A DNA stretch of 63,227 nt, the filler included, from Catajapyx aquilonaris (lineage: Eukaryota), in NCBI GenBank assembly GCA_000934665.2. It is 2 parts of 2 records of this genome, joined end to end, with 100 filler letters (N's around TTAATTAATTAA, not from the genome) between each part and the next. Parts side by side here need not be neighbours in the genome. Positions count along the whole stretch, not along the records: positions 1 to 31,574 come from KZ539161.1; 1 more part is not named here. One strand, given 5' to 3'. The notes beneath the pieces were generated by a model. That model saw only the letters and a program-made list of their open reading frames with translations, did no database searches and was not told the DNA's origin. Position 1 is the first letter of the stretch; every line of letters begins with the position of its first letter. Shown in pieces: positions 1 to 12,272 of the stretch. Position numbers and translations under genes: made by a program.

Positions 1-100
1 GCTGATGTTTGAATTGGCCCGCCGGACAGGGTTGCCAGGTAACGCACTACAACATAAGCAGCTTAGGCCGAATTTGTCAATAGCTGCGTGATAGCTGCTC

Positions 101-124
101 GGACAAAAAAGTTGGACCACCCTG
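101..124. mobile_element. Right terminus of a Tc1/mariner-type element extending off the left edge
   Basis: ...aaaagttggaccaccctg followed by TA (125-126); reverse complement is TA-CAGGGTGGTCCAAC, a typical mariner-type TIR end. The partner TIR is not in the window. Confidence 0.45.
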
Positions 125-1495
125 TATACAAAGAATTGTTATAGTTCATTAAATAGTTGACAACAACATCACGACATTTCCCTATGAGGGGTAGTCAGCG
201 ATGAAGGGAGACACAAGCTAACCCAACATATGAACTAAATTAAAACTTGTGAAAATAAACCTATAAACAACCCGTCCCACACCCCACCCCTGCCCATCTC
301 AGACGACAGACACTGAATATTAAATTTAAATATTACACAATGCAATACGGTACTCCGCCAAATCAAGCCCCCTCGCCACCAGCCACTTCTCCGGACGCCC
401 TGGCCATGCCGACGTGTATGGCACCAACCTTGCACCTCATCGACCCCGCCAAGGACGTCCCCTCTACTCGCCGGAGCGAAGGAAGCCTTATCCTCAGACC
501 TATTTATCCATTAATTAACCTACACCATTTACACCTATCCAAACAAACAAGCCTAGCCTCAGCCATGTCCATGGTCCTATTGACACATGAACGTCTCGGC
601 TTAACACTAGCAACACACAGAGATAGAGATATACTGTATATATCTCTTGACACGACACAGCGATGGAATCGGGCTGTCCTGGGTGCTTGCGCAGGTCCGC
701 CATGACAGTCAGGTCAACTAGCCCGCTACTCCCTGTATATCATATGGAGTTTTACCTTCCCTTTTGAGACAGTAGCTTCCCTCGAGACTTTAAAATGTCC
801 AAATCTGAATGTGTCAAATATTTATGCACATTCATGTCTATCGATCGGCCATTTCCTCACTTACATCAGGTCCGTATTGATGGTTTGGTTTGGTTGTGAT
901 ATATTACTTTGCTTGCAAGTCGAGATTTTCCAAAGTTACGAAAGAAGCTGAAAAGGTACTCGTTCTTGTAGTAACATATATTTGAAAAAAATTATACAAT
1001 TTTGCAAAATGTCATTTTCCTTAAATTTATGGTGGCAAGATGTCCTGCTGCAACTTATTTAATATATTTTAAATGAGTAAATGAGATTTTTTTCAAAGGT
1101 CATAGTAACTTATGCTGGGGCAAAGCAGCTAAAGGCTGACAAGGTAATAATATGCCACTTTCAGGACATAAAATATGCATGTAAATTTTTAATGATCCTT
1201 ATACTAAATTGCGTCACATACCAAAACAGCAGAAATAAGTTTGGGTATCACAGTTTTATTCAGTTGCCGTTGACAACACTACTGACTAGCATAAAAATCA
1301 ATCGCTACTGACTACAGCATTCGTAACTACTAGAAAAACAACTGAAAATTATTGCTCAAAATGGCATTCTTGTTTCGGACCATCTTGTTTATATTTTGCA
1401 CAGTGCAACAAAGTTTGGTAACAAGAAATCATACATGGTGTAGTAATAATAATACAGATGATACAAAATAATACAAAATGAATGGAATCATTCAT

Positions 1496-1843
1496 TTTTT
1501 ATTTTTTTTACGTTACCCGTGCTAGGGCCATAGGTCCTTATAGGGGGGTGGGATACCACCATTTACTTAAATTTTCTATTTTTTCTTCTTCACTCCGGTG
1601 CAAGGATGAAAGGACATGGGGAAGGGATAGGGGATTTTTGGGGAGGGAACATGGGTGCAAGGTGCACGTCTGAAAACGGGTCATGTGCTGTTCCCCAGGA
1701 GGTTAGGTTGCCAGACACCTCCTTGGTGCAGGTCAGAGACCCTCCTGACGCAGGTGAAAGGAAAGTTCCCCAGGCAGGGATCGAACCTGGGGCCTTTCAC
1801 TCAGCAAGCCGAGACGTTACCATCACGGCCACCACCCCTCCCC
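1496..1843 (-). mobile_element. tRNA-derived SINE, family A copy 1
   Basis: Minus-strand head with A box TGGCCGTGATGG and B box GGTTCGATCCC, A-rich tail, and a 12-bp TSD ggaatcattcat at 1484-1495 and 1844-1855. Near-identical copy at 13977-14333. Confidence 0.9.
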
Positions 1844-1989
1844 GGAATCATTCATATTCATCATTCATCATTCATATGACAGTACGATTCAATTTTTTAC
1901 GTAGGCCTACATCAGGACCCTTGTTCTCAAAGTTAAATGACCTTACAATGTGATGTTGTCTGGCTTCAAGGAAAAAACGTATAATGTAC

Positions 1990-3713
1990 CTAAGGAGGGA
2001 AAACACATGATTGTCTACATTAAACGCTGTTTCCATAGCATGCTGGGACAAAGAAGCAAACAGACCTCAGGATGCCACTCTTTCAAACAGAGAAGTCCCA
2101 AACTTCTTATTAAAAACAGAGATGGGCAGATTTCCGTAGGTAACTATGGCAGCACGTACAGCCTTCTCACATTCCCTCACAACCTGCACCACATCATCAC
2201 TTGGGTAGCATAACCCTCCATTTGTTTTGATCTGAATTAAATAGGAATTCTCTAGAAGCTGTGGAGTTGAGGAATCCTGAATGAGACTTGTACGGCACAA
2301 AGTACAGTTTACAATAGGCAGCAGTCGCTTGACAACGTAGCCTGAAATATAGACCAGGACATTCTCGACAAAAGGGGCAAACAACTTAACTTGCGACAGG
2401 TCCAACTCCACGACTTCCTCCTCATCCTCTTCAACAGGCCTTATCCTATTTACACACAACTGTGAAACATCAGTGTCATCTAGTCCCATAACATTGCACC
2501 CTAAGTAGGGACAACACCTGCTCTGCATAGGATAGTACGATATGCGGATTTGAATTGTGAAACATTTGGATTGTTATTTGCTCCACCAGATTGACGAAAA
2601 CAGCAAAACAAGAGCTCAGCATGATCTTGTGAGCACTTGTAAGTTAATACGTATCTCATGCGGGGAGAGAGCAAGTCATCAAAAAGTAGGAACTTAAAAA
2701 TGGCAAGGAAGCTGGTAATGGTCGCAACAAACCCCACAATAACATGATGCCTTCTTGAACAGGATATCAGATTGTCTTTGGTGTCACAAATTGAGCAAAA
2801 CGGATTGTGCATGGAGAAGAAAGGAATGCACACGAGCATAATTGGAGGCAGAAATAAGAGCTTTGTATCCTTTTCCAAATGGACTGTGGCTATTGAGAAT
2901 GTCAAATAATCTGTCCATCACAAAGAAAAAGTCTGCTGTTGATGCACATCAACAAAATCTGGGTCACCCAATGCCTTCATGAAAAGGAATGAATTTGCAA
3001 CAGATGCACTTAGGACCTGAACAGCCAGTTTCACTTTCATAACCATAGATTTGAATTCAGTAAGTTTATTGGCTGCTTTCAGGCCTTCTGATACTTGTCT
3101 CTGCTGTACCAGCTCAACATACTTCCACCGAACAACACCAAATTCTGGAGATCTCACCTCTTTCATACCATGTAGCATATTCCGTACAAGTTTCATCAGG
3201 TGACAGACATCAAAGATGACATAAACATCAAGAGCTGAATCACAAGGATGAGAGAATTTTGGATGAAGTATGCACTCCTTTAAATTCTTCCCCAATAGGA
3301 TGTTTACGGCACTCTGATATTCTAGTGAGCCATCACACACAATTGAAAGAGTACGCACACCAACTTTGTACAGTTTTTCCAGGCACAATTTAGTCAGATG
3401 TGCAACGACTTCTGCAGGGGGTTTACTGACTAGAAAATACGCGACTGGCATTTTCCAATTTCCACGCAATCCAACTACAACAAACACCAAAGCATCTGTT
3501 GCTAGTGGTGCGGTTTCCTTGGCACCACTTCCATAGTCAACGTGACCCTTCAACTTACCATCATTGTTCAAATCAGCGCCTTTCCTTATGCTCATTCCAT
3601 CAAACATAAGGACAGTGTCTCGATACTTGAGGGGGTCTTCTTGCACATATGCACCGAGTGAAGTGAAGGCCATTTCAGTAAATCCTGGTTCGGCTTCCAC
3701 AGCTGATAACCAT
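1990..3713 (-). pseudogene. Degraded P-element/THAP9-family DDE transposase
   Basis: Motifs WLSAVEAEPGF, LMFDGMSIRK, WKMPVAYF, IVCDG, FDVCHLMKLVRN, KVKLAVQVLS.SVA, RLFDILNS (shifted frame), TYKCSQDHAELLF..FRQSGG.NNNP, YISGYVVKRL..C..C, GGL.YPS. Split over ORFs 2918-3700, 2501-2905 and 2067-2528 by frameshifts. A tttcag acceptor precedes 3713. The THAP domain and TIRs were not found. Confidence 0.9.
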
Positions 3714-3740
3714 CTGAAACGACAATTCTAATGTACTGTA

Positions 3741-3935
3741 CAGGGTGACCTGGTAGGGTGACCCAAAAGTCTGGACACATATAGGTACCCTAATTGCATT
3801 GCATTGTTGGCTGTCAGTTACGCCAACTGGAGTTTACTACTGTTGACAGTCAGTAAATGTTGAGTTCTTGGGAGTTGGCAGAACTGGCAAACAACAATAC
3901 AATTACTGATGTGTCCAGACTTTTGGGTCACCCTG
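3741..3935. mobile_element. Tc1/mariner-type MITE
   Basis: TIR AGGGTGACCCAAAAGTCTGGACACAT / ATGTGTCCAGACTTTTGGGTCACCCTG with TA on both sides (3739-40, 3936-37). The left TIR start is partly duplicated. Confidence 0.8.
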
Positions 3936-4428
3936 TATTCTAATATTGTCAAGTTCCAGCTCACCTGATAGGCACTCGGTGTAGCTCAGAGGGAGCAGGT
4001 TTTCCAAATTCAATCACAACACAAGGAATTGATTATAAAATAACAACTACATTTATTTGTATATTAAACATCTGAAACTCCATTACATCAAACATCCTGT
4101 CCTTCTCATGAACCACAACAATAATATCCCAATTATACTTAACCCCAAATGCACATACTGGATCCTGTATATCATAATGAATCATAACCATTATATCAAT
4201 TTCACTTGAGATAATGGTTATGATTCATTGTGATCCAGTATGTGCATTCCCAAGCTTCCCAATCTGATGAATGAATCACCACTCGTTGTTAACCTTCCTC
4301 TTCTTCTCCTTCTTCTTCTGAAAAAAAATCCTAAACAAATATGCCAAATAAGTAATGACATCATCCCCACCATACCTAAACATTTCTGCAGAAATGGCAT
4401 CAACCCCACCGGATTTGCCTAGTTGAAG

Positions 4429-4461
4429 TTCTTCCCGGGCAACGCCGGGTGCCGCATCTAG
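4429..4461 (+). mobile_element. Isolated Helitron 3' terminus
   Basis: ttcttcccgggcaacgccgggtgccgcatCTAG followed by T; a 33-bp exact reverse complement of 4917-4949. Confidence 0.75.
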
Positions 4462-4916
4462 TATATAATATGGTGGAGGCTTTGAAGTTGTTCTGTATTG
4501 CAGAGATCGCATTTCTCGTCCTGGGAGAGCTTTAACACCTTGCCATTTACGTAGAAATTTGAAGAGAGGTTACCTACGTTTATCAGTAAACCGGTGATAG
4601 GTAGGGGCAAATAACCTTTGAAATACGATTCGGTACATTGCATTGTATCAGACACCATTCTGCATAACTGTGATAGCTACTAGAATTTTCTAGATCCATC
4701 ATGTCTCGTTGTTTAAGTGTTTCCAAAATTTTAGGTAAGAAAATTGGAATATGCACTCTCTGTGTTGGAAGAAGAGTTCAGGTCAGACAATGTTTTATTA
4801 ACTTGGAAAAACCAACTGTAAGCAGCCATCGATTCAAATTCAAATTTATCACTTGCATATGTCACCGCTAGCCCTGTCAGGGACTCAGGTGATTTGTCAA
4901 TTAACTTATTGTAAAA

Positions 4917-5263
4917 CTAGATGCGGCACCCGGCGTTGCCCGGGAAGAAATGAATTGAAGGGAAAACACCTGCCAGTAGCCCCGTCAAAATTTTCACGCA
5001 GAGAGAGCCGCCATGAGAGTTTTCCCAGCCGTTTAGGACTTGGCAAAAAGTGGACTCGTGCACGTGCCACCTTGTCCATCTGCTCCTCATTAAGCCGCCG
5101 GAGAACAATAGTATCTCTCCGGCGCTCCCCCACCCCACCTGGTGATAGTCTGGATGCACTGTAATCCCACATGAGCTGCAGCTGCAACCCGTCCCGTCCT
5201 TCCCACCCGGACCACAGATGGCAGGCAGACAGACAGACTCACAAACGTCTTTATTTATATAGA
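4917..5263 (-). mobile_element. Non-autonomous Helitron (347 bp)
   Basis: On the minus strand it starts A|TCTATATAAATAAAG followed by (GTCT)n, and ends with a GC hairpin cccgggcaacgccggg then CTAG|T. Inserted in an AT site with no TSD. Confidence 0.9.
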
Positions 5264-6007
5264 TTTATTCCGCTGACGAATTAAGCAGTATGCCAAAGGG
5301 GGCAAATTTAATTCAATGCTTGGAAAAAAAAACCTGCCGTAGATCGTGCTAACAGAAAGAATTTCTATAAAAAGGAATTTTGGATCGTTTCCAGCTCATA
5401 GACATATCGCAAGCCCCAGATTGGGAAACCATATTGCAGGATTGGTACTATCTTCTAATAGAATTGCTTTATTGCTACCCCATAAGCCCGGACCTGGAGA
5501 CGAATCAAGAAAGGCCATAAAGAGTTAATGGCCGCCATTGCTTTTGTTTTACTTCTACCATTGCTTTGGTGAATTTAGTTGACATTACAAAAGGAATTCC
5601 TAAATATTGAAACTGGTTTACTATCTCAAGAGATTCACCACCTAAGAACAACTTTGTATTTGAAGACAGCTCCCCCCTCCCCCACCTCCCGTTTGCGCCT
5701 TTTAATGGGTAATAGCTGTGAATGGCACTCAATTGTTGCCACTGCATTGCCCCTCCATTGAATTGCAAAGGGGCAAGAGGTATGCCAAAATGTTGATGCT
5801 TTCTTCCATATGGCGAAATAAACGGAACTGTATGTCATCCAGGCCGACCTTCAAGGCCACGCCAGACTTCTACAAGTATTCCTTCAATTCCCAGCTGTCC
5901 ATGCTCTTATCTGCACCTAGTGTTGATCCCCCCTCTCCTGCCCCCTCCCACCCGCCCCCTCCTATACCACGTGACTCAGCCAGGCAAGAATAGCCGAGGT
6001 CAACGAG

Positions 6008-6713
6008 CAAAGGTGGGCACAGCTAACCGAAAAATCAGCTTCTCTAACAGCTGATCAGCTAACTCAAAAAAAATTGGATCTGCTAAATAGCTAATGCTAA
6101 ATGGATAGAAAATTAGTTAAAGCTAACTTCCTTTTTAAGAGCCTCCTTCCTTTTTCCTTAAGAGCTAACTTCCCTTTTTTTTTTGCTCCATGACCCTTAA
6201 AAAACATACCTTAGCTGATAAAGCCTAGAGAGCATTGCTACACATATATAGGCCTTATTTAGTTATTTAGGCTACTGTTCCGTACAAAAAGGAATAAACA
6301 CATCCAAAGAGGAAAAAAGTTTATTTGTCTCAGAAGAAAGCTACAAAGACAGGCAAGGCAAAATTTATATTTTAAAAACTGGTAGCTATCATATAATCCG
6401 GGCACCGAAGTGATCGGAAAATAAGTTTTGGCCAGGTAGACAGAGAATTTACAATCCAGCACCTAGCCCTGTAAAACTGGTCTATTTTAATCCCTGCCTG
6501 GAGGGGAAACAATGCAACTTAAAAAGGAACAGACAGCAAGACAGGAACACAAATGAATTTTTTTAGGTGAATTTATTTAGCTGCAGTGCAGCACTAATAT
6601 AGTGGGAGCTAATTAGTCAGCTAGCGGCCTGAAAAGTTAGCGAAAACAGCTAATCAGCTAACGAAAAGTTAGTTCAGCTATTAGCTGTTAGCTGATGCTA
6701 ATGCCCACCTTTG
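6008..6713. mobile_element. hAT-like non-autonomous element
   Basis: 12-bp TIR CAAAGGTGGGCA / TGCCCACCTTTG, many subterminal AGCTA/TAGCT repeats at both ends, and a degenerate 8-bp flank match (tcaacgag / ctaacgaa). Confidence 0.7.
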
Positions 6714-7300
6714 CTAACGAAGGACGTCTGGCCACCCTATTTGCAATATTACAACATTGTTTCTGTCAATAAAATGCATCACTTTACAAAAAAAAGCAGA
6801 AATTCTCTTATTTCCAGTACGAAGCACCGGAGTCCAAATGCTGCTGTGATGTACACGGCGAGAGAGGAGAAATTGTCAAGGGGGTGAAAACTCCGACAGG
6901 CTGCTACATAGCATAATGAGCATAACCTGTTTTATGCACCTGTTACTCAAGCTACATCCCAGTGATTAGTCAAAGGGTCAGAGGTCAGGCAGGCATGTGC
7001 CGTGGTAAATGAAAAAAAATGAATGAGCCTCACCAAAAGTCGTCTGCAGTCCGGACGCCATCTTTGACCCTTCTTTCGTCAGACGTCAGAGTTCAGAATG
7101 TCAGATTGTCAGCCACAGATGTCAGCTCTTGCGCAGTGTTGCCACATGTCCACATCTATTCGCATCGTGTTCCTACCGTATTTGTGAATATTTCGAGCGT
7201 GCTCAATTACGTTGCTGGCACCTGGGCAGCAATATTATTGTACCAGTTCATTTTTCTATTTGGATATAGATAATGTAACGTGCTTTACAATAACATACGA

Positions 7301-7364
7301 ATGTCAAAGAGTGCTGCTGGGGCGAGTGTCCGCGACATTTTGAATGATACGGATGGAATATTTG
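7301..7364 (+). other. Possible first coding exon (MSKSAAGASVRDILNDTDGIF-) of an unidentified gene
   Basis: ATG in a CpG-richer promoter-like stretch, an open frame, and a G|gtacat donor. No downstream exon was recognised. Confidence 0.2.
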
Positions 7365-7727
7365 GTACATTTAATTCTTTAATTGCCGTAACTTGCTCAT
7401 GCATATGTTTTGGTTTAAAGAAGCCATAAAAAATTTGTAAACTGGTTCTTAAGGAATAAATGTGAACAAACTAACAAGATAATATATAATAGCTTAGCTG
7501 CTACAATACTAGTTGTGGCGTCTCTTTTGAATCGATGTTATTCTCGACTTTCTGCTTGCATTATCCACGTACTGTGTAAATCGACAGTAAATTCCTACTT
7601 GATTTACTGATCACACAGCCCATTCATAGGTGTTCCTTTGATGTAAACAAAAAATCGCGGCACACCTAGAGAAAATATACGGTACCCATTCTCGACACTT
7701 CATCCCATAAGGTCCAAGTCTAAGAGT

Positions 7728-7728
<1 letters not shown>

Positions 7729-7778
<50 letters not shown>

Positions 7779-8037
7779 AAGGGATACCCCGTGATAAACC
7801 CCGTTGTGATTTTTAGGGGATCATCTTTTAATTGATCGACTTTAATCATTGCCTTTGCTGTGATGGATTTTGATTGCGGGAGGAAACGGGAGAACCCCGA
7901 GAAAACCCACGCGAACACGGAGAGAACCCATCGAAACTCTATCTACATAAGTATCCTCTGTCCGACCCGGGGATCGAACTCGGGATCATCTTAGAGGTGG
8001 AAGGCTGCGGCTCTAACCACTCCGCCACCGTGTCGCC
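7729..8037 (-). mobile_element. tRNA-derived SINE with V-domain-like core and (TTG)n tail
   Basis: Head TGGCGGAGTGG...GAGTTCGATCCC; core gcgtgggttttctcggggttctcccgtttcctccc; tail seen as (aac)n at 7728-7778; TSD ccaagtcta(t)agagta at 7714-7728 and 8038-8053. Confidence 0.85.
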
Positions 8038-8704
8038 CCAAGTCTATAGAGTATAGACTTACAACCAAAGTACGGTAACTTTTCTTACCCTCCTGAATTT
8101 TGAAAATTTTTGAATTTTCTAATTCTGCTTGGCCTATAGTGTTGAGAAAACATCACCTCCGCTGCTAATTTCCACGTTAGCAGGGCGAAAATACAGCCAA
8201 AAGGCGATGTTCCGAAGCCACAACACTTGCATCTGGTCGCGAGTCGCCGGCCAGCGCCAACGACGAGGGATAAATAGGGTACAGGCAGGCCGTAAAGGTC
8301 CGCTATCTTTGATGGTTTTGCTGTGGTTTTGCCATGGCACTTCACTGCAAGAATTTGAATATTTTTGCCGTTTGAGCTCCTTTAATGCTGCACTTTTCTA
8401 TGTATAATAATAATATAATAATAATAATAACTGGGGTAGTGCTTTCATCCCCCTCTTTTCTATGTATTAATTCCGTAAGTACGGCAAAAATATTCAAATT
8501 CGCGCGTGTTCTTGCCTGGTATAGCTGCAAAGAATACCTAGAAAGGATGAATCTTCTACCAAGAATATCATCAGTGATGTGTAATTTTCTGGGCATAGTA
8601 ACTTTAATGGTCAATCATTGAATTTAGTTTAACTAAACCCTGATGAAATACTCTGCGATGTTAATAACTTAAAAGGCAAATGTTTCCATCACAAAACACT
8701 TACT

Positions 8705-9876
8705 TGGACAAAGAATAATCCTTAACAAAAACTCACACTTGGACTAGCAGGAGATGTCGGTGATCTTGTCAGCAGTACAACCATCTGTCAGAATGTCGCG
8801 TCATCAGCTGCTTCCTCATAAACAGAACAGTTTGAGCCGGTTATTTTCACAGTGAGTGTAAATTTAAAAATGGTCGCCAAGCAAAGTGACTGAGCACCCT
8901 GAGTTTCCCATCATAACTTCCAATGGCCACAAACTTAGCAGAAGGTGACCACTTGACACACAGAATTCCCAGTGCTTCCATCTGCAGCTTGAATTGTCCT
9001 GCTCTCCATCCATCCAGGCCAAAAACTTGTATATCGTGCTTACTCCCAGCATATGATCAGAGATGATTCGGGAGACCACAGCATGCCCCACAGATTTCTA
9101 GATCCCACTTCAAAAGTCTGCAAACAGTGAGATATTACAGTATATGTGGTACAAAGTTATTATTATACAACATACTGTAACTAACACTCTTGAGATTGTA
9201 AGTAAGTCATAAACGGATTAAAATATCTTTTGCTGTGACACATGTATTTATATATCAACATGCCAATTTACCTTGGCAAGCAGCCAAGCAACTGTTGAGT
9301 AAATAGAAAGGCAATCCTTGCCATTCTTCCTTTCTGCCACACACAGCCACTCCCCACTGGGGCTGGAGGAAAAAACTGGGGTACACTACTACACTTGCCT
9401 TTCGGGTACTTGATGCAGAAGCAGGACTTTTCAGTCAATGACCAAACCATAATATTGAGGTGGAAATTAGACTTAGTAAGAATGTGTCTTGAATCTGGGG
9501 CCCAGCAGCCATTCAGACATCCCCAGCTCTCAAGTGTTATCTTGCAGGCCAACTGCTCTTCCTTCACATACTCTTTGGTTGGGATCTCACACAGGATGTA
9601 GAGTGAGTCTGGAGACCATTGTAATCTCTGAAAAGGTTTTAATGGTTTCAAAATCATTGGCCAATGAGACTTTTCGAAATGCAAACATCTTCACTTGCCT
9701 TGGTCCAGCAACCAAACTTTAAACAATGCACAATCATGTAGGCATAAGAAACATTTCACCAGTCTGATTTCAAGAAGTCAATTACAGTGAAGTTATCGTG
9801 CCATATCTTACAAGGAGTATTGAAGGATTTAGGTTTCCACAGGTCTGAAGATTGGAGTGAAATATATTGTTTCCAT
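8705..9876 (-). pseudogene. WRAP73: WRAP73/WDR8-like WD40 pseudogene, intron-retaining and 3'-truncated
   Basis: Exon 9272-9627: LQWSPDSLYILC..CWAPDSRHILT..FHL.I.VWSL..K....IKYPK, then frameshifted AERKNGKDCLSIY..WLLAK|gt. Exon from 9117: TFEVGSRNLWGMLWSP..CWE*, LGILCVKWSPSAKFVAIGSYDGKLRVLSH..W, VYEEA. Contains stops, frameshifts and deletions. Confidence 0.85.
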
Positions 9877-10731
9877 ACAAAAGTTCACATTGAAGGATAA
9901 ACCATTTTCTTCTCAAATGCACTGTAATATTGGTACTATCAGCTCTTGGTACTATTTACAATTCAGATGATTGTTTTACTGCTGTTACAACTTTTCTACC
10001 CTCCATGTCATACAAACACACACAAAATAATCTGTCTCTTGCCTAGCTGTTTTGTATTGCCCATCTTTAATCTCTGCACAAAGATTGCTTCTGAAACTAC
10101 CAGCTCTCTAACAATGCATAACACAAATGTGAGTCACTAGGGGCAAACTTGGTAAAGCCTTTGAAGTGATTACAACAAAATTCCACAACCACACTTTGTA
10201 TCAGCTGGGTAGCACACAATATGGCACTATCATAAAAATAAAGGTTTACAATCTCAAATGCTGCAGTGATATTAATTAACCAACACCATAAGGAACTGGC
10301 TGTACTGTACTGCAACGCATATAATTATCACTGTGAGCTTGACGAAATTGTAGGCAACATCATGCATGGTCAAGGCATAATAATGGTATTGACATGGAGA
10401 TTCAAAAGGTTTGTGCAACAGTGCAAGAAAAGGTGATTGAGTTAATATAATTATAATACCCTATATGTTTAAGTGAATCCACCGCAGAATTTCCCGCGGA
10501 AAACAAATAGGCTAAAATGATACTTACATAACCGTGCTGCACATAAGTGACTTGATCAATCGTGGATTTTGGTATCTGCCTGATGAGGTACTAGAACCAA
10601 CCTCCAACCCTCCACGTTTATGGGGGACCCAATCTAGGCCTATCTAGAATGTATAGCTCAGATAAACAAGACACACATCAACGTAAATCCTGATTGCAAT
10701 AATTTATATACAAAAAGTTATTATTAATATG

Positions 10732-10766
10732 TTATTATTATGCAGGGCCATCACGGCCCACTGCAT
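10732..10766 (-). mobile_element. Extremely 5'-truncated retroposon insertion (35 bp)
   Basis: Stem-loop tgcagtgggccgtgatggccctgca plus a (TAA)n tail, flanked by a 17-bp direct repeat aagttattattaatatg (10715-10731, 10767-10783). Confidence 0.65.
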
Positions 10767-12020
10767 AAGTTATTATTAATATGATGGCATTTTTGGAATG
10801 CAAAATGAGTGTTGCTTAGTGCTAGTAGGTATAGGAACCCCATCAATGACTATGGCCAAACATGATAGTGTGGTCTGCAAGAGGCCCAGCATGTAAGGTG
10901 ATAGCCCTTGCCTGTGTTATGCTTCTCTATGTGGTCCATGCCCATGGGAGAGTATTGTGGTCTTCAACCATTAGACTATATACTGTAGGAGTGTAGGTCT
11001 TTATTCTTTTGCCCTCCTGTCCACATTTTGTGCCTGCAACTTTCACCTTCTAATATATGTAATAAATTCCCTGGTTAGAGAATCTTCATCTGAAAAGGAG
11101 GTTAAAGCACTGGTGGCCACAGACGCAGACGTAGGGTAAGTTATAATATCCTAACAATCAAGGCCTCTCACAACTGATCCAGTGTTGGGGAAATTGCATA
11201 ATATCCCCCTACCTATAAAAAATAAGATGTGTAGGCTACTCTCATTTGTATAACTCAGCTGTGTTATTAGGATAAATGGAAATTTGCACAAAATTAATAT
11301 AGGCTACTTACTTATTTGCCTTATATTATATTTATCATTTCATATTCATTCAACTTTTTAACAAAATTATATTCATCAATGTCACACTCCTGTGATTGGC
11401 CAAGTGTTTTTTTCAAGCAACATTTTCGTTATGTGCACATAAGCTTATTTGAGAATAACTTAATCATGACAAACAAAGAGCATAATAAAGCATGCAATAA
11501 AATGGTAAATAGGTGTCATATTGAATGCATCACTTTTTCTGCTTGTTATTGATCTCAAAGATCTCATTAGAGGGGAAGAAATAATTATGTGATCCTGGGT
11601 CTATTTTCTTTTCTCTTGCTTTTTATTTGTCTTAGCCTACCTCTTCCTCTCATAGTTACAGAGTCTTCTGATCCATCCTCAACTGAAATGTTATGTAGGT
11701 ATGCTATTGAGCGATTGAGAGGATTTTGCAATATTTTCTGATTGTGAGTGGTATAGTACATGGGGTCAGCCTCCCTCTTTTCACTCATTGTCATAATATC
11801 TTTGTATTCCCTATTTAAGCTTAATAATAAACTAGCAGTACATGACATAGTTAGAGGATGAAAGCAACTCTAGAAAGGGTGTCTGGGTTTGTAACAACTA
11901 TCAGAATGGATGTGATTACGTGATTAGGAGCAGGGAATCCACCTGATGGAGGTGAGAGGCACATAATTATCACGTACATATAAAATTTTGTCCTGTTCTT
12001 TTATTCGCCCATTACAGAGT

Positions 12021-12272
12021 TCAGATGTCTTCTTTCAAGAACGACATTATGGTCACAGCCCACAAGAATCCCAGTGACAGGTGTGAGGAAAGGTCATTGT
12101 AGGGCCCGTTGGGATAGAGCCTGCGCCGAATTTCCGTGTATCGTCCCAAAAAGGTGAGGATCATGCACACTGCCAGGGAGAGCACGAAGAAGTAAAACCA
12201 GTCTCGTGGCTGACTATCTAGTAGTTCAGCGACCAGTCCACTTATAAATCCAAGCAGAACTATGAACATCAT
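12021..12272 (-). CDS. Candidate small multi-pass membrane protein (83 aa), family unknown
   Basis: Three hydrophobic segments separated by charged loops; GC-richer than flanks; a ttttggaacag acceptor lies about 30 nt upstream of the ATG. No family recognised. Confidence 0.3.
   Translation of the reverse strand: MMFIVLLGFISGLVAELLDSQPRDWFYFFVLSLAVCMILTFLGRYTEIRRRLYPNGPYNDLSSHLSLGFLWAVTIMSFLKEDI

Larger units (their letters stand above)
4290..5720 (-). mobile_element. Fragmented non-LTR retrotransposon (LINE) ORF2 remnants
   Basis: GKSGGVDAISAEMFRYGG..V..YL..LF (RT N-terminus, about 4320-4420); EKCDLCN....SLHHIIY (C-terminal CCHC knuckle, 4462-4520); GESLEIVNQFQYLG (RT thumb, about 5600-5645). 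Interrupted by Helitron sequence. Confidence 0.7.

Noticed and set aside
340..705. 121-aa ORF, possible LTR
   Set aside because: No domain, no TG..CA termini and no second copy found.
1765..1843. tRNA-like sequences here and at about 7965-8037, 14255-14333 and 19550-19625
   Set aside because: They are SINE heads with bodies, tails and TSDs; there is no proper acceptor stem.
7700..7918. Poly-Leu, poly-Ile and poly-Asn ORFs (also 19778-20023 and 56479-56706)
   Set aside because: Translations of microsatellites and SINE tails.
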